DNA of 64,000 nucleotides from contig CM120647.1 in NCBI GenBank assembly GCA_051362555.1, positions 11,818,651 to 11,882,650 of the forward strand, in the 5' to 3' direction. The stretch's first letter is position 1. Every line of letters begins with the position of its first letter. The position numbers and the translations under genes were made by a program. Under the pieces are notes generated by a model. The model had not been told where the DNA came from. It did no database searches and was given only the letters and a program-made list of their open reading frames with translations. Shown one piece after another: positions 1 through 11,767 of the stretch. The DNA comes from Lingula anatina. Its lineage: Eukaryota; Animalia; Brachiopoda.

Positions 1-2048
1 TGAGAGCATTGGTCATATATTTGGCAAATCAATGCGTTGGAGCACAATGCTCTCTTTTTAATATTGCCATTTAAGCAACAGTGCCCACTTTTCACCGTGA
101 TCAATGAAAGTTAATAACATGGTCGTACTGTGTCCCCTGTAAGCTTTATGTATATTATCATGCATATGAACACTGTCGTATCTCCTTTCAATTAGTTTGG
201 TATCAAACATTTGTTTGATAAATTGCATACGTTTGGGTTGAAATGATGTGGAAATATTCACCTAATTGACAATGTAACGACCAGGAAGTGGTTTTCATAT
301 TGTTGATAGGTTTTATAATTCACTTGCTTGTCTTTTCAGAATTTGTGGATTAAAACATTTTGTTTGGCGATATACCGGTAGGTTGCACTTGTATTAAATG
401 GCTTAAAAGGGACTTTCGGATCAGCATATTGTAAGACTTGATAATCCTCATCGAATTTAGTGATTTTAGAATGGAGATATTTGTCCAGGTAATTCTGTAC
501 GTGACACGACACCAAGTAAATTAATCGTTTCAATACGCGACAAAATTGACTGCGATTTCAATATACTTGTATTTCTAAAAAATCAAAATCGAATTAAAAT
601 TTTAAAAATGTGTATCACAGACGTCATGATCTGATTTTTTCTCATCCAAACTGTATGCATTAGTTAAAGCCTTTAACCAATCTTAAATTTTCTGTCTGGC
701 TGTGAGAATTTTTAAATTTTTAAATTTTTAGATTTTAGTTTCGCTAAATAAAGACAGCAGTTAGGGTGGTCGCTGGTTATAATGCCTGGCCAACCATTTT
801 AAACTGGGTCAACATCTAAAAATTCAATTACAGGTCGAATCTACGTACAGAGAGGGATAGATAAATGGTTCGTGAGTACAAGAAAATTGCTTATTTCCTC
901 GGGAAAATCCATGTTGGCGGGTAAATCTCATGGAACTGCACTTTAATTACAGCACGTAACTTAGTGACTTGTGGACAGAAGGCTCAGGTCATGGCTATAC
1001 GACAGATGTATAGTAATTAGTGTTACGATACCAAAAGTATTTATAATAATAATAAGAAGAAGAAGAAGAAGAAGAAGAAATAAAAAGAAATACATACCAA
1101 AGACGAAAAATGCGGATTAGGTTATTTTTCTCTCTCAAAACCAATCCGACTTTCAGATTCTGGGCAGTGTGATCAGAAGAACTGAGCTGATGGCATTTCT
1201 AAAAAAATGTTTTATGACACGACTACCTGAACATTTAAGTCTGCTAGTTCATATTTCACATTATATTTGCAAACCAAAATTGTGTGTAAAATTAACTTGA
1301 GGCAAGGTGATACTTATATATTATTATAAATCGGGTGGTTATACACTGTATTTACTAAATAGATTTAAATTGCAGATGGACAAACTGCAGTGTATCTAAG
1401 ACATTCAAGTTTTGCAACTTAGTTCCTGGTTTCTGATAAAAAGGACCATTATGGTGGAGAAAAATACCGCTTTGCCTCTACGACTTCTGCTACGTTTGTG
1501 ACTCCGTCCAACAGCAAATAACAAGGGACACTTATCCAATAAACTTCGGTCTCAAGATTCACGTTGTCGAGAGAGTTCCTAAAGTGATTGACGTCACGGT
1601 ATTAACGTTAAAAGCCAGCTAAGGTCAGATCCATAGCATCCAATTATCTCTTCCCTGACCTCTAGTTGTCTTAAAAGGCAAAATAATCTACTTATCTATT
1701 TCCTGTTTGTCATCAGTCTTTTGGATGAAGACTGCCTTCAGCCAGGGCGAACATTATGATATTCATCTGCAAAGAAATACGAAGACTGCTGCTTAGCATG
1801 GTTTGGCTCATTATATATATATATCCTTCAAGCTTTGGTCTGTACGTGTAGCTCGTAAATAAGACTGCTTTGCTGATTTAAGCTGATATCGGTAATTTCG
1901 CATCAGATGAAGAAAGGGACCGTTTTCACCGAATATCGTAAGAACGCAACTTGAGTGTATTCTTTTATATCAAAAATTGCTTTACATTAATACATGATAC
2001 ATGTAAAGTGACCCCCCACCCAACTAAAAACGTAAGATCAAATCCAAC

Positions 2049-2185
2049 GCATTTACAACCAAAACAGATCCGTGGACTTACAGATCAGTGACTATTAGGG
2101 TATTATGCGCCAAACTTTCAATACGCCGGTCATATTTGATCCGCGGATCTGTTAGTCCGCAGACCAACCTGCTCTGAAAGCGCCC
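2049..2185. mobile_element. Degenerate MITE (family B)
   Basis: Shares CGGATCTGTTAGTCC with 47013-47201 and GGACTTACAGATC with 53536-53623 (reverse). Confidence 0.65.
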
Positions 2186-2626
2186 TTTCTCAACCGATTC
2201 CCGTCTGGCAACCAAGGTATTTGATCAGATTTTTAAAAAATATATTTCCTGTGATCGGCACAATTTTATTCAACCAGCATCTAAAATCAATGAAAATGTG
2301 ATAGCGGCTTACAATTTGCTGGCAGTGTGAATGGCATAATATGAGAATCTCTGGAACGGCTTTCTTTAGAGATATGAAAAGTCTTAGAGAAATTGCCAGG
2401 CTCAAGGAAGTCGCTTTGCATTCAGTTTTACTGACTGGTCACAGGTTTGATGTTTGACGACTGATTGTGAACTTACCGCCGTCCGGAATAAGGTTGAGAA
2501 GCAAAGCGGTTTTTGCCGTCGTCAGTACATAATAGTAGGTATATCTATTGCTTACAAATGCCACTGTATATGAATGAACTATTTACGTAATGTAGATAGG
2601 TGTTGTAAGGTGTTAACTTAAATGCT

Positions 2627-2797
2627 GGAAGAAGGAAGGAGAGAAGAAGGGGTGAATGAAGAAATGAAAGAAGAATGAGCGAGGCTGGGAGAGAGGGAGG
2701 AAAGTAAGGAAGTGCAAAGGGAAAGAAGGAAGGAAGGGCGGATATGAAATGGAAGGACAGAACGAAATAAATGAATGAGGGGAGGAAGGAATAAGAG
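2627..2797. repeat. Purine-rich degenerate (GGAA)n tract
   Basis: ggaagaaggaaggagagaagaagg...; source of spurious ORF 2545-2874. Confidence 0.7.
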
Positions 2798-4029
2798 ATA
2801 TAATGTACTGCTAGAGAAACTACTCTTGTAGTCGCATTAGGAATTATTGACAAATCACTATTCAAGTTACACAAATATTTACTCGAGAAACAAATCTTTT
2901 CCCTACATTACCGAGGAAACGGATTTCCAAGAAAACATAACATTAATTGTATATACATTCTGGGATACATCATACGACAAATACTTCATTATTGTTTGAA
3001 TTAAAACAATTACAATTCAAGAATAAAGTGAACATACAATCAAGTGAAGATGGCCTATTCGGGTTACACTTATCCCTCCCAAGAGGGGTGACCTACTTTG
3101 CTCTAAATAAGCCACTGCCCTCACCATGCTGTCGAATGTCGACCTTCAACTAAGGCCGAGGTCTTTAAAAATACGTCTTGAACTTAGATCTCTGATGTTG
3201 AGGTTCGACGGCTAGGATAATTGGTTAGACGGTATCGCTGCTAGTAGATTGATCGAGTTTGGCAGAGATGAGAGAGAGTTATAAATATCCAGAGAAGTTT
3301 CAGTCTCTAGCCACAGATGGAGCCACTGATGGACGATGCTTTTTCTTTTCCTCTCAAATCGAATCTGCTTCAGCAGTTTGACCGGATTTAAGGACGCTCC
3401 ACGTCGATAATCTCGACGCAGTGAGGCCACGTGGCTTTCACGTTGACGTTATGCCAAATCGTAACCTGGGCCTGGACACGTAGTGGTCACGTGGTGGCAT
3501 TTTTTTTTTTTTTTTTTGCCGGTCTACAATATTTACTGACCTTTGAACAAATAGAGACGCGCCCAGATAACATTCTCTAGGAATTGGAAAATAATTAGGT
3601 GTGCGTAAAGCGATCGATTGACGACATAGTCCCTCAGGTAAGAAGCATTGCTTTCAAAAGGTTGAATGGTTCTCTAGAATCATTCTCAGAGCCGTGACCT
3701 CAGAATTTGCCTATCAGAAGGTCACGTATCAGATTTAATCGTTGGTCTAATAAGAAGTACTTTCCCGTGTTGAAAAAGAGCATTTGACAGATACCATGCT
3801 CGAATTACGAAAGACAATTAACTTACAGAGTTTTTTCACATGTACTGCTTAAGAAAAAGAAACTGAATCATTTTAATGGGGTTAATCTGAGTACATGTTT
3901 GTTTGATGTTCGGAGGTTTAAAAGATAAGATGACGTTCGTTGCAGTTTATATATACCATAGGCATCTGATGACAATAGACATTATTGTTATAATTTAATG
4001 CTGTTCATTCTTCTTCTTCAAGTGTCAGG

Positions 4030-4183
4030 CCTGGGCTCCGTATCTCGAAAGGTTCGCTATGTTGCGCACGTGCGCAAGTGTCTCAATTCCATAACCGATT
4101 CTATTTCGAGATACGGGGCCATGGAATCGAGACGCTTGCGCACGTGCGCAACAAAGCAAACCTTTCGAGATACGGAGCCCAGG
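4030..4183. mobile_element. Foldback MITE with ~65-bp arms
   Basis: CCTGGGCTCCGTATCTCGAAAGGTT..TGTTGCGCACGTGCGCAAG / CTTGCGCACGTGCGCAACA..AACCTTTCGAGATACGGAGCCCAGG. Confidence 0.85.
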
Positions 4184-5438
4184 TCCTCCAGTTTACTCTA
4201 TTTAACTTGATTGGATGAGCTCGTTGTTGAACAGTCGTTGATTTGTTGCTAAGGTATTAATTAAAGCTGTCAATGTATTATGTTCTTTGTCTTCATATAC
4301 TTCTTCTTCCGTAAAATTTCGCACAGAGTACAAGTTTTCTATTTCGTCTTTTCTGATGGTTATAAAATAATAAAATAATATAAAATAATGCGGTGAAATA
4401 ACAAATCTTAAGACAATAACAGTGCGAATAACCGATTATCAATGTTTAGTTTGTTGCATGCGGCACGATTTCTCATTTCCATAGCTAATAAAGTTCCGGA
4501 ACTTCACAAGTGCAAGATTACAAGATATTTCGTGAGCTCTCGAAATGAAAATGAATTTGTCAATCTCGGTTTTAGGTGCATAGGACAGCATGATACATCT
4601 CACAGATGGGGCAATTTGTGAGAAAATGCAAGACAGATTACAAATTCTTACTGTTTTAGGTGTAGTGCTTGGTTTGGTTTACCTGTTTCGATGTCTAATT
4701 TACGAAAACTTACCCAGATCCTAGTGAGTGTTGCACATTTTCCTGTCCATTAACTGAAAAAATATTTAATTTAAAATTCTCTTTACGTGTGCTTGGCATA
4801 TAGATACTACATTTAGCATCTAACATGACTTGTTTTATTATTTTTAAAAATGTTGTCAAAATGCCTTACAAATCCATGATCATACCAGATACTAATCAAA
4901 CACACACGCACACACACAAAGGTCTAAGAATTCTTCGACAGCAGGTACACGGACCGTGTATTAGGGCTCACTCGTAGCATAATGTTCATTAAATAAAATG
5001 CATTTGACAAATGATCCTTTCCATTTATGTCTTGCCATTAGGAAGTTTGCGTTAGTATTGGAGGAGTAAGTCAGTTGTATATACTTGACGGCACACGGGG
5101 GATTAGAAATCGGTGTTAGTTTAAAGATACACTAATGTCTGCAAGGAAACAGTATTATCTTCATTGCCGCGACTGACAAATATTTCAGTCTGCGTAATCT
5201 CTGCATCAAAGAGGTTTATATAAAAAGACATGCTAGCAAATGAAGCTGAAACGGTGAAATACGTGAGAGGGCCGGGGCTCCGTGTACACTAGAGATCATA
5301 CAGATCATTAATGTACCGGTGTGACACCAAGGAATGGTGGTTCTAGAAATAGAAGTAAAATTGAAGTTGCCGGAATTATCGGGGAGCTATATGGGGCAAA
5401 TGTTCCTATGTATACTACACTAATGGGCAGTGGATTAA

Positions 5439-5607
5439 GTTACTATTCCCAGACCCTATCGTACTAACTGTGGATCGATCTTTCTCCGAGGGGAGCTTCA
5501 GTAGGCGTGCCAGACTTCTAAGCTGCTTAAGCTGAAAGTAATTTAGCGAGGAACCCCTTGCAGATGGATCGATCCTGTTAGATCGATCTAGGTGTGGAAA
5601 CCCAGTC
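5439..5607. mobile_element. MITE family A copy (internally deleted relative to 61741-61992)
   Basis: ATTCCCAGACCCTAT..TACTAACTGTGGATC...GATGGATCGATCCTGTTAGATCGATCTAGGT shared with the 61741 copy; TAA flanks. Confidence 0.85.
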
Positions 5608-5610
5608 TAA

Positions 5611-5825
5611 CACCCCATTTCCATAGATTAGATCGACCTGCTTTAGATCGACCTAACTCCCTGGGGGTTCACGCTAAATAGCTGTCAGCCGGGCGGACAC
5701 GAAAGTTAATTACTCCCTTACAGCTTGTAGTAGGCGGGACGGACATTTAAGTCGGATTATCTGAAAGTAATCTAGTGAGACTCCCCGCGGGGATAGATCG
5801 ATCTAAAATATTTGGGAATAGAGCC
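5611..5825. mobile_element. MITE family A copy
   Basis: Near-identical (roughly 95% by eye) to 58051-58267; TAA flanks. Confidence 0.9.
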
Positions 5826-6614
5826 TAAGGTTCCTAGCGGACTACCACTTCCTGTCAGACCGGTGTAACGAAACTGGGGGTCTGCCCTCCGTCTGGATAT
5901 AATGGTTAGGTTATAAACCTTACCTAAGTGGGTCATAATCTAGGACGAGGCTCACCCGTACAAATAAATGAGAAGCGGACTCTCTATCATGGGGGAATCC
6001 CTGTCATGTTTCACTGCTATATGCATTGCCAAATGAAAATGCGATATATTAACTGTCCTTTAAGGCCCAAAGCTGCACGGTCCTGTTGTATCATCAACAC
6101 GTCATTAAGATGGTTCGTAATAAAGTGATTTTCGGGGATTTTCCACATGGTTGCTACGCTATCCTTTAAGACACGATTTGAAGGCAATGGTATACCAAGT
6201 AATAAAACCCACTGGTGTTGGCAAACATTTGTAATTTGTTGTGGATGATTGTCCGGTTAGAGAGAGTCATTTCAGGTCGTGAAGAGGATTTCTAAGTATC
6301 ACAATGGCTTATTATTAACGGTAACTATTCATTAATTGTTTTAGCTCAGAGTGGGTCATGCCCTTATACGTGTGAATTCTCGGATTACAAAATATATCCA
6401 CCTGATAAATGACAGCGATTGACATCATGGTTAACCGCCATTATCTAGACATCACAACAAGAGATATATAAATGAAAATATGCACAAATAAATAAATAAG
6501 TTTTGCATAGAGTATACAAAATACACGTCAGCAGTGTTTTCAACGATGAGTCATATTTCTTCCATTTAAAAATATCAGAGGGCCAATTTGGAAGATTGAG
6601 ATTTCGTAAGGTGT

Positions 6615-6651
<37 letters not shown>

Positions 6652-6832
6652 CCTTGCCTGTGTCCCTTGTGATGTCATCTGCCGCATTTCAGTACTAGTC
6701 TACATGTATGTCCTGTGTCACAATCTAATGCACAGTGAAACTTCTACCTGTGTTTTGCCGTATGTGAAATATACGGATTTTACATGGTATGTACACTGCC
6801 AGGGATCCATGCTGCTCTGCAGGTTACATAAG

Positions 6833-6978
6833 AATCAGTCAATCAATTTATAAATCGATCACTTCATCAAACGATCGATCAATCAACCAATCGGCCAAAT
6901 GATTGATCAAATCAATTTATGGATAGATCAATGAATTAATCAATCAACCGATAGGTCACTCAATGTAATCAATTAGTC
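6833..6978. repeat. Degenerate (ATCA/ATCG)n tetranucleotide tract
   Basis: aatcagtcaatcaatt...atcgatcaatcaaccaatcgg...atcaatgaattaatcaatcaacc. Confidence 0.7.
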
Positions 6979-8004
6979 AGCCAGTCTTTCCGTCTTGATT
7001 TGGACAACGTGAAAAGCTCAGAATTAAAGAATGAAGTGAAAGTTGCAAGAAGGCATTAAATGGAATTGATCGAGAACCGAACTCAAAATCATTTCCATGA
7101 ATATTTTGAGCCTGTAATCCTCCCGTCTTTAACACTTGAAGAACTGAATCAGTTTTCTGCAGATACAAAACCCATTAAAATGAGCTCAGAGATACGTTTT
7201 CACAAAAGGAAGAAAGATTAGAAACCTTTTGTGAAGAGGCCAACTTTCTGATGATTGATCATAATGGTTTCCATCTCGCCACTGAAAGAAACGGATTATC
7301 GGGTTGAGATTTTCAATGTGGGGATAACAGCCGACTGAGGCGCACGTACAAATCAAACAAAAAAGATGAGTTGTGATTGTTCGGATTATCGATAATTCGA
7401 CAGAACGTGGCCCGTGTTTCCTTTGAATTTTTTATTTATTTATTTATTTTTTTTTTGCTCCAATACTTTTCGTGTTTCGTGTGAAAGATGCATTGCGTCG
7501 CAGTTTCCATAAGGAAAATTCTCAGAATAAAAGACAAACGTGTAAAAGTGATAATTTACGACTTGCTTGAGAATATAGGCTGTTATTTGAACGAACTCTG
7601 GGATCAGTTCACCTCGGTTTGAACTCTGAAGCATACCACATGCCAGCATGATGGCATATATGAATACACTTATACTTGAACTGTTATATCGCTCATTAAG
7701 CATCATTGCTACATGTATTATCCCTCCATTATATCCTTTCCACAGATCCTTGACAAAAACAAATTATTAACTCACATAAAGGAACTGCGTCTGTCGAAGA
7801 TTCCCCCCTACTTAGGTACTGTTCAACTGCGGTCGTTTTTGGATTTTTTGGACCTCCATGTGTTCAAGAAATGGCCACAAAACAACATAAACTGTAGGCA
7901 TTTTATCATTTAACCTGCAATATTTTTCTGCGGCCGCTTATTTCCCGCAGTTATTAATGTAGCTACTAAATCCTAGACCAGCCCAGTGATAAGTTAGACC
8001 TCCA

Positions 8005-8247
8005 CGGGGACAGATCCAGGATTATTTGAAGGGGGGGCCGGGAATGCGGAGCCGACCTTCCCCTCCCCCACCCCCTTGGGTATTTTAGCGGGCGAACGGT
8101 GCCGTTTGGTACGGTTTAGAACTATGATTCAGCTGGTCAAAATTGTAATTTCAAGAGGGGATCATTGGTGTGATTTTTACCAGAAATCGAAGGGGGTGGG
8201 TCAAGACCCTCTGACCCCCCCCCCCCCCCCCCCCAAATCCGCCACTG
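8005..8247 (+). mobile_element. CAG-type TIR MITE with 5-bp TSD
   Basis: CGGGGACAGATCCAGG...AAATCCGCCACTG; flanks CTCCA/CTCTA; internal sequence is reverse-similar to 35800-36057 and 53830-54079. Confidence 0.7.
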
Positions 8248-8403
8248 CTCTATCAGTGAAAAGACATTCATTTTTAACCGTAAGGGATACCATTGTAGCG
8301 TTTCAAAGCTAAAGCGGGTATAATGGGCTAGTCATATGATGTGTTCACTTTGCCAATAACTCCTATAGGGGAAATATAACCGGGCAACACAGAACAACGG
8401 GAT

Positions 8404-8404
<1 letters not shown>

Positions 8405-8450
<46 letters not shown>
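8405..8450. repeat. (CT)n microsatellite
   Basis: pure CT repeat. Confidence 0.95.
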
Positions 8451-8453
<3 letters not shown>

Positions 8454-9642
8454 CAAAACATATTTCCTGTTGTCAGCGTATATATATAGCCGCCACACTT
8501 ATTGCGTGTGAGTTTTCATTAAAATACAATATGTTTTGGTGACCACGCAGCCTTTTAACACAGGTTTCATAAACACCACCTGCTACTTCGCCTTTGTCAT
8601 CATTATCTATCATACTATACAGATAAGACGGCACCGAGGAAGATCCAACGGTATATGCAGTCAACGTGCCTAAAGGCCAGTTATTTTATTAATTAGCTAA
8701 TTACAAGTGATCCAAATGTTGTTTTTTTTCATATTGTAGTTGTAATTGAAAGTAATTAATGTATAATATTTTGGAATTAAGAGTAATCAAAGCATGTTGA
8801 CAACTCATTTTTAATTACAAGGAGCGCACGCACGTGTACGTTATTACATGTAAGTCAATATACATGTATATAATGAACTCTGTGTCCGATTCCTTATATG
8901 ACTTCGTTGTTAATGTATTATCGGTTTCGTTTAAATGCTCATTCATCTTTTTTCTCTTTTATCTCTCTTTCTCTTTTCTCTCTCTCTCTCTCTCTCCCCT
9001 TTCTCACTCCCCCCCTCTCTCTCTCTCTCAGGTTTATACCAGTAGCGTGGCGAAACCCATTTTCCAGTTCGCAGTCCATATATAATGTATGATGAATGTG
9101 ATGATTGTCATTTATCACACGCAGCTCTACAATATTGATTCGGTGTTGAAAAGAGTAATCAGTTGATGGTCACGGGTAATTAGATAAGGCTTGATCATAC
9201 ACTCTGTAGGATTGACAATATACTTTCAAAATGCCAATAAAGGAAGCTTACTGAGTGATTAATGCGGCATTCCATTGTTTTTTGGAAATACCAATGGATG
9301 TCTACATGTAGAGGATGTACAGCATCCAGGACAGCAGAACGTCTCATGAATTGATGTAAAATCAAGCAAGATTTCGGGATATTCTGTTTGAAAGAATTAA
9401 TCTGTGTAATTATGTTGCTCATAATGATGAAATAAAAAATATGTTCAATTCCTACACTAGAATGAACCTAGCTGTGATACAGGTACGGGAGATTTTGTCC
9501 GAGCGCTTTGGACTTCATTAGTAATACTATCTGTGGCAGTGCTATAGCAAGGAGTTCTCACTAAAATGTTCACTGTACACTGTCCCATACCTTCAGTGTG
9601 ACTTAAACCAGCTGGAGTGAAAATCTGTAAAATAGATATACT

Positions 9643-9894
9643 TGGTGGCAGCGGTGGGATTCCAAGAGACTGCTGCCTAAACCAGCGTCTAAGGCTCCAT
9701 TCAGAATAGGGGACTAACTAGTCCGAGGGTCAAATATGGCCAATCCACTTGAATATTTCCCCATGGGATATCTTTTCAGGGTCTATTAGCTAATTAGACG
9801 ACAAGCTTTGTAATGGGTCGCAATATTTGACCCTAGCCTCGAACTAGTGAGTCCCCTATTCTGAATGGGGCCTTAGACCACTCGGCCAAGCTAC
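9643..9894 (-). pseudogene. tRNA-Leu(TAG) processed pseudogene with 3' CCA, interrupted by a MITE
   Basis: Removing 9690-9872 (MITE plus one TSD copy) and reverse-complementing gives GTAGCTTGGCCGAGTGGTCTAAGACGCTGGTTTAGGCAGCAGTCTCTTG GAATCCCACCGCTGCCACCA, collinear with eukaryotic tRNA-Leu (GGTAGCGTGGCCGAGCGGTCTAAGGCGCTGGATTTAGGCTCCAGTCTCTTC...GAATCCCACCGCTGCCA); variable arm and 5' T-arm deleted. Confidence 0.8.
9693..9872. mobile_element. MITE, PIF/Harbinger-like (family B)
   Basis: TIRs GGCTCCATTCAGAATAGGGGACT / AGTCCCCTATTCTGAATGGGGCC, flanks TAA/TTA. Confidence 0.85.
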
Positions 9895-10371
9895 ACTAAG
9901 TCGTCTAAGGGGTTCGTATAGTTAACTATCTGTAATGATTAAAGTTACCTTGATTTTTAAGTAATAGAAATCTAGGCAAAAGTAATCTTCAAAAACTATG
10001 CCCACTTAGACTTAGAACCCAAGTACGGGATTTTAGAACATAATTTTGTCAACCGTTTTAGACGGTATAAAATGGGTGATGAAGGCAAAGGTTTACATTT
10101 ACAGGAAAAATAAAGACTTGATATATAAGAGTCTTTCATGCACTGTGTACCTTTATCTTTGCATGATATAAGTATACAGCCTGTAGATGCGACGTTGGTA
10201 ACCTTATACAATCGTAGAAATACAATTGTGGTACCCCAGTAAAGCCAAGTCATTTCAGGTAATGGGCGTGTTGCCAATTAGTTATCACCACCAATGCTAA
10301 AATTAATGAAATACGATGTGACATTCCATTATATCATGTTTCGAGGAAATAAAAAGCATTTTACTAAAATA

Positions 10372-10541
10372 ATTACCTCCGCAAAGAAGGTAATGTTTTC
10401 TCGGAATTCCGTCTGCTTCTTCGTCAGTCTGTCTGTTCGTCACCGGCCTGACTTAAAACGTTATGGAGGGATTTTGATGAGATTTTCAAGACAGGGCAGG
10501 TATGGGATGATTTAAAAGTGATTAGATTTTGGTGATAATCC
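10372..10541 (+). mobile_element. 5' fragment of the same Helentron/DINE-1-like family
   Basis: ATTACCTCCGCAAAGAAGGTAATGTTTTC, GTCTGTCTG, GATTTTGATGA, TGATTAGATTTTGGTGAT match the reverse complement of 29381-29626. Confidence 0.6.
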
Positions 10542-11603
10542 ATTAATTAATTAATTAATAGTTCATAGTATGGACGAGTATCCATTACCTGATAAAAATT
10601 CTCAGCACATGGGGTGTGATTATTTGAACTCTGGTTTAATCCATCATATGAAAAGGTTCCGACATATTCAGGACTAATTTCCCCCTTGTTATTGTTTTAA
10701 TTTAAAATATATATTAGTGGAGAATTCGGTGCAGGAAGCGACCACAATAAGGTAATACCACGGCTGTTGACAACAGAGTTGACCTACAAACTTACCAATG
10801 AGCCGACATACACCAAAAATAGAAAATAAATAAAGCAGATTGCACAGTACTAGCAGTTGTTTGTATCATTTATGTTGATGATAACAAAAGAAAAAGAAAT
10901 GCCGTTTCGTAACTGTTTTGAACGGATATTGTAACACGAGTAAAAACCGGATTGAAATCTGAGCCGATTTTAGAACAAAGTACGGACCGGCGGAAAACAT
11001 ATATTATTCACGCTAGTAAGAATTGCATAGGAAGCCGAGCACATGATCGCAAAGGCGACATTTCAAAACCAACACACTGTAGGTCTACGAATACGTTGAA
11101 TAACGCTTCATAAACGTCTCTAATACAATGGCTTTGCAGAATGAAACTTGGATCAACTTATAATTACAAAAATGAAACACATGAAAAGGCTGCAATATTT
11201 TCCGTTCATCAACACTGTGGTTAGGATTTGATATTGTTTATCAAATATTGCTAAAGCCCAAAGTTGAAGGGGGAGGGCGGGGGGGGGGGAGACAGAGAGG
11301 GCAAAATTCGTGTTCCAAGTCAGTGAAGTTCTGGATGACATTGACGTCCATTGACGTCTAATACGGGCTCATTCCCTTTCATTACGTTTCTAACGTACTC
11401 GTTTAACCTCCGATTTTTCTGTATTTATTCAACGCCAGAAGAAGGCGTCTTTATCTGTTAATCTGATCATTCAGCGAAAGTCCCTGCGGAGTTGGATTGA
11501 TCACGAAGAACGATCGCTTCATTGGGAGCCCTAAGGTACCTTGTACATGTACACCTCCGTTCATAGACGAATTAAATTCACCCCACTCAACCACCAGTTG
11601 GAG

Positions 11604-11767
11604 CCAGTGTGACAGGGATGTAGTCCTCTAAGAACCGTTCCCCATAACTTTGTACAGGTGGCATTCGTTCTATAGACTAACGCCAATACTACGACTAACC
11701 CCAACCTGTACTATTCACATGGGAGCCCGGACTTCCATTCCTAGGACTACCATTTCTGTCACACCAG
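11604..11767. mobile_element. Small TIR element related to 5315-5864
   Basis: CCAGTGTGACAGGGATGTAGTCCT ... AGGACTACCATTTCTGTCACACCAG. Confidence 0.6.

Larger units (their letters stand above)
5315..5864. mobile_element. Outer TIR element hosting two nested MITEs
   Basis: Left ACCGGTGTGACA..GGAATGGTGGTTCTAGAAA, right TTCCTAG..GGACTACCACTTCCTGTCAGACCGGT; the same termini bound 11604-11767. Confidence 0.6.

Noticed and set aside
2545-2874. Hydrophobic 109-aa ORF (similar cases at 8834-9092, 44846-45108, 63345-63616)
   Set aside because: Low-complexity or microsatellite artefacts.
9643-9662. tRNA-Leu primer-binding site implying an LTR retrotransposon
   Set aside because: No LTR pair or gag/pol remnants seen, and similarity extends over the whole tRNA, fitting a tRNA retrocopy.
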